64,000 bases of DNA from Centroscyllium fabricii (Eukaryota), in NCBI GenBank assembly GCA_051313645.2, contig JBNRSN020000009.1, positions 78,864,001-78,928,000 on the forward strand. The letters run 5' to 3'. Under the pieces are notes generated by a model. It saw only the letters and a list, made by a program, of their open reading frames with translations. It was not told the DNA's origin and made no database searches. Both the position numbers and the translations under genes were made by a program. The first letter of the stretch is position 1. Every line of letters begins with the position of its first letter. Below, piece after piece: positions 62,097 to 64,000 of the stretch.

Positions 62097-62874
62097 GGCC
62101 TAGAAATTCAATGGCACATGCTGTTCTTTGGGCACGCAATAGGCCCAAAAGCCTCTAATATGGTGGGTAGGAAGAGCATGTTCATTATGAGCTGGAAGTG
62201 CGCCATATTGTTGTTGGTAAAAATATAGGCGGCCAGGGCCCACGCTTGAAACAAGCGTTAGGTCCTTTGAATATGCAAATAAGGCGTCTTATGCTTGTTT
62301 GAGGTCCCCAGTGTAAAATTGAGTTGCCCTGAACGCAGCACTCTGGCTGCGTTTGGAAAAACCAGGTCTGCATGTGGTTTAACCAGTTGTCCTTAAAGTG
62401 ACTACTACAGGCAGCCACCAAAAGGTAAGCCAGGAGGGGCAGGAGTGCGCCACCTGACTCCGTAATAAAATTGTGGGCCACTGCCAGCCACCACTTTCAC
62501 CTACTCATGATGATGCCTCGACTCACTTCCAATTTCCGCCTCGACAACCCCTCGCACCCACCAACCCCAATTGTCCTTACCTTTCGTGGTCACCCCTCTC
62601 CTGATCGATCCTTCTCTCCTGGTCGCTCCCCTTCCTGATTGGCACCCTCTCATGATCACCTTCCCCTTTAAGCACTAACCTGAGGGCTGCTACCGAAATT
62701 CAAAGCCTCTTCGCCGGCGAGCTGCCTGGGATGCCCAGCAGTTGTCCATATATACTGGTGTCATTTAAATGGAGCCCAATGTCAGGTGCGCCTTGGGCCT
62801 ACCCATTCAGGCGCAAGGATCAATCCTTGTGGCCAGCTTGCGCTGGCAGGCCGTCATGAATACATTTCTAGCCC
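62097..62874. mobile_element. Older Harbinger-type MITE, TSD ACT
   Basis: act|ggcctagaaatt ... atttctagccc|act. Confidence 0.75.
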
Positions 62875-63267
62875 ACTATGTCTTAAAAACTGTCAGCTAT
62901 TCCACATAAAATAAATCATTGGTTGTCAATAAGGGCTGCGCAGTCATGTGGCTGGAGAAAGAACGGGAGACTTCCAGAGGCACATAGCTGTCAATTAAGG
63001 GGAGAAAGCAGGGAAGTGCATAAGCCAATAAGCCAATGGTCAAAAGAAGTAATGTGCAGGAAGATATCCTAGTCTGCTCTGCCCAGTAAAGCTATAGCTG
63101 TAAGTCTTTGCATTGCTGAGCCCTTGGTATTCTTATCAGAATGGTGTGTTCTGAGAGATATTAAGTTGTCTGTTTCTGTACTCATCCCTAAAATCAAACA
63201 GCCTTGTTACTTGCAATAAGTAGAAAGTGTATCAACTAGCTTCACATTTCTATCTGCTTGTATTCAC

Positions 63268-63369
63268 CTAAAGTGAGTAATCTGATTCTCAAGTAGTAAG
63301 CGCAGTCGCTCCTTGATCTCCTCGAAACGTTCTTTTTCTTCCACTGTTACAGTTCCTATTCCATCGGGC
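63268..63369 (-). CDS. CADPS: CADPS internal exon (R)[33 protein letters not shown](R)
   Basis: Reverse strand ttccag|GCCCGATGG...CACTTTAG|gtgaat; 102 nt, phase 2-2; peptide matches recalled CAPS1. Confidence 0.95.
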
Positions 63370-63749
63370 CTGGAAACAAAGAAAATAACATTTAGCGGTG
63401 TTTTTTTCATAATTCTATTCACTCACTCCAACCTTTGCAGCATTCAGTTCAGTACTTAAAAATATGTCCACATCTTCGGGCTGTGATATGTATACTTTTG
63501 TGCTTTTATACTGAAGTTCTCCAGCAATGCAGGAAAGCTGAATTTCATTGGAGGACCTGCTTTTAACCAGTTACTGCGTTACTTGACAACAGATGAGCAA
63601 ATTATAATTAAATAATACTCGGTTTTACTTTTGAGATCCGGGCCTCATTAGCACTGGGCCGGTGGGCGGTGGCCAGATAATCGAGCGCCCTGGGCCAGCC
63701 TGCCAGCTTTGGCCCAGCTGGCGTCCTGGCTGCAAGACGGTAAGTAGCA

Positions 63750-64000
63750 GGAACAAAAGAACATAAGAAATAGGAGCAAGAGTCAACTATTTGGCCCTTC
63801 GAACCTGCTCCACCATTCAATGAGATCATGGCTGATCGTCTATCTCATCTCCACTTTCCTGAACTATCCCCATATCCCTCGATTCCCTTAATATCAAAAA
63901 ATCTATCAATCTCTGTCTTGAATATACTCAATGACTGAGCCTCCACAGCCCTCTGGGGTAGAGAATTCCAAAGATTCACCACCCTCTGTGTGAAGAAATT
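63750..64000 (-). mobile_element. CR1 LINE 3' end running off the window
   Basis: aagaacataagaaataggagc...ttcaccaccctctgtgtgaagaaatt. Confidence 0.88.

Overview
Vertebrate genomic DNA, most likely a shark or other chondrichthyan (CR1, HE1/V-SINE-like, Deu-SINE, Penelope and Harbinger repeat content). The whole window lies inside the CADPS (CAPS1) gene on the minus strand. I resolved 15 confident GT-AG coding exons with consistent phases, from RPDGIGT... (63268-63369) to VKAASKYVDVP (3673-3705), including 9-nt and 18-nt microexons and 69-nt and 135-nt cassette exons; gene start and end are outside the window. The introns are filled with nested transposons. Most notable: (1) a young-looking 223-bp 5S-rRNA-headed SINE3 with a perfect 12-bp TSD, re-paired helices and an empty site visible in a paralogous element; (2) two inverted copies of a Harbinger derivative that keeps a spliced Myb/SANT gene but lacks the transposase core and shares a premature stop; (3) a misplaced partial duplicate of a CADPS exon that could act as a poison exon; (4) a candidate 102-nt Pro/Lys-rich CADPS cassette exon; (5) a Penelope-type minimal hammerhead ribozyme in the sense strand of a CADPS intron. 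All calls are by eye, family names come from recalled consensus features, and no database search was run.
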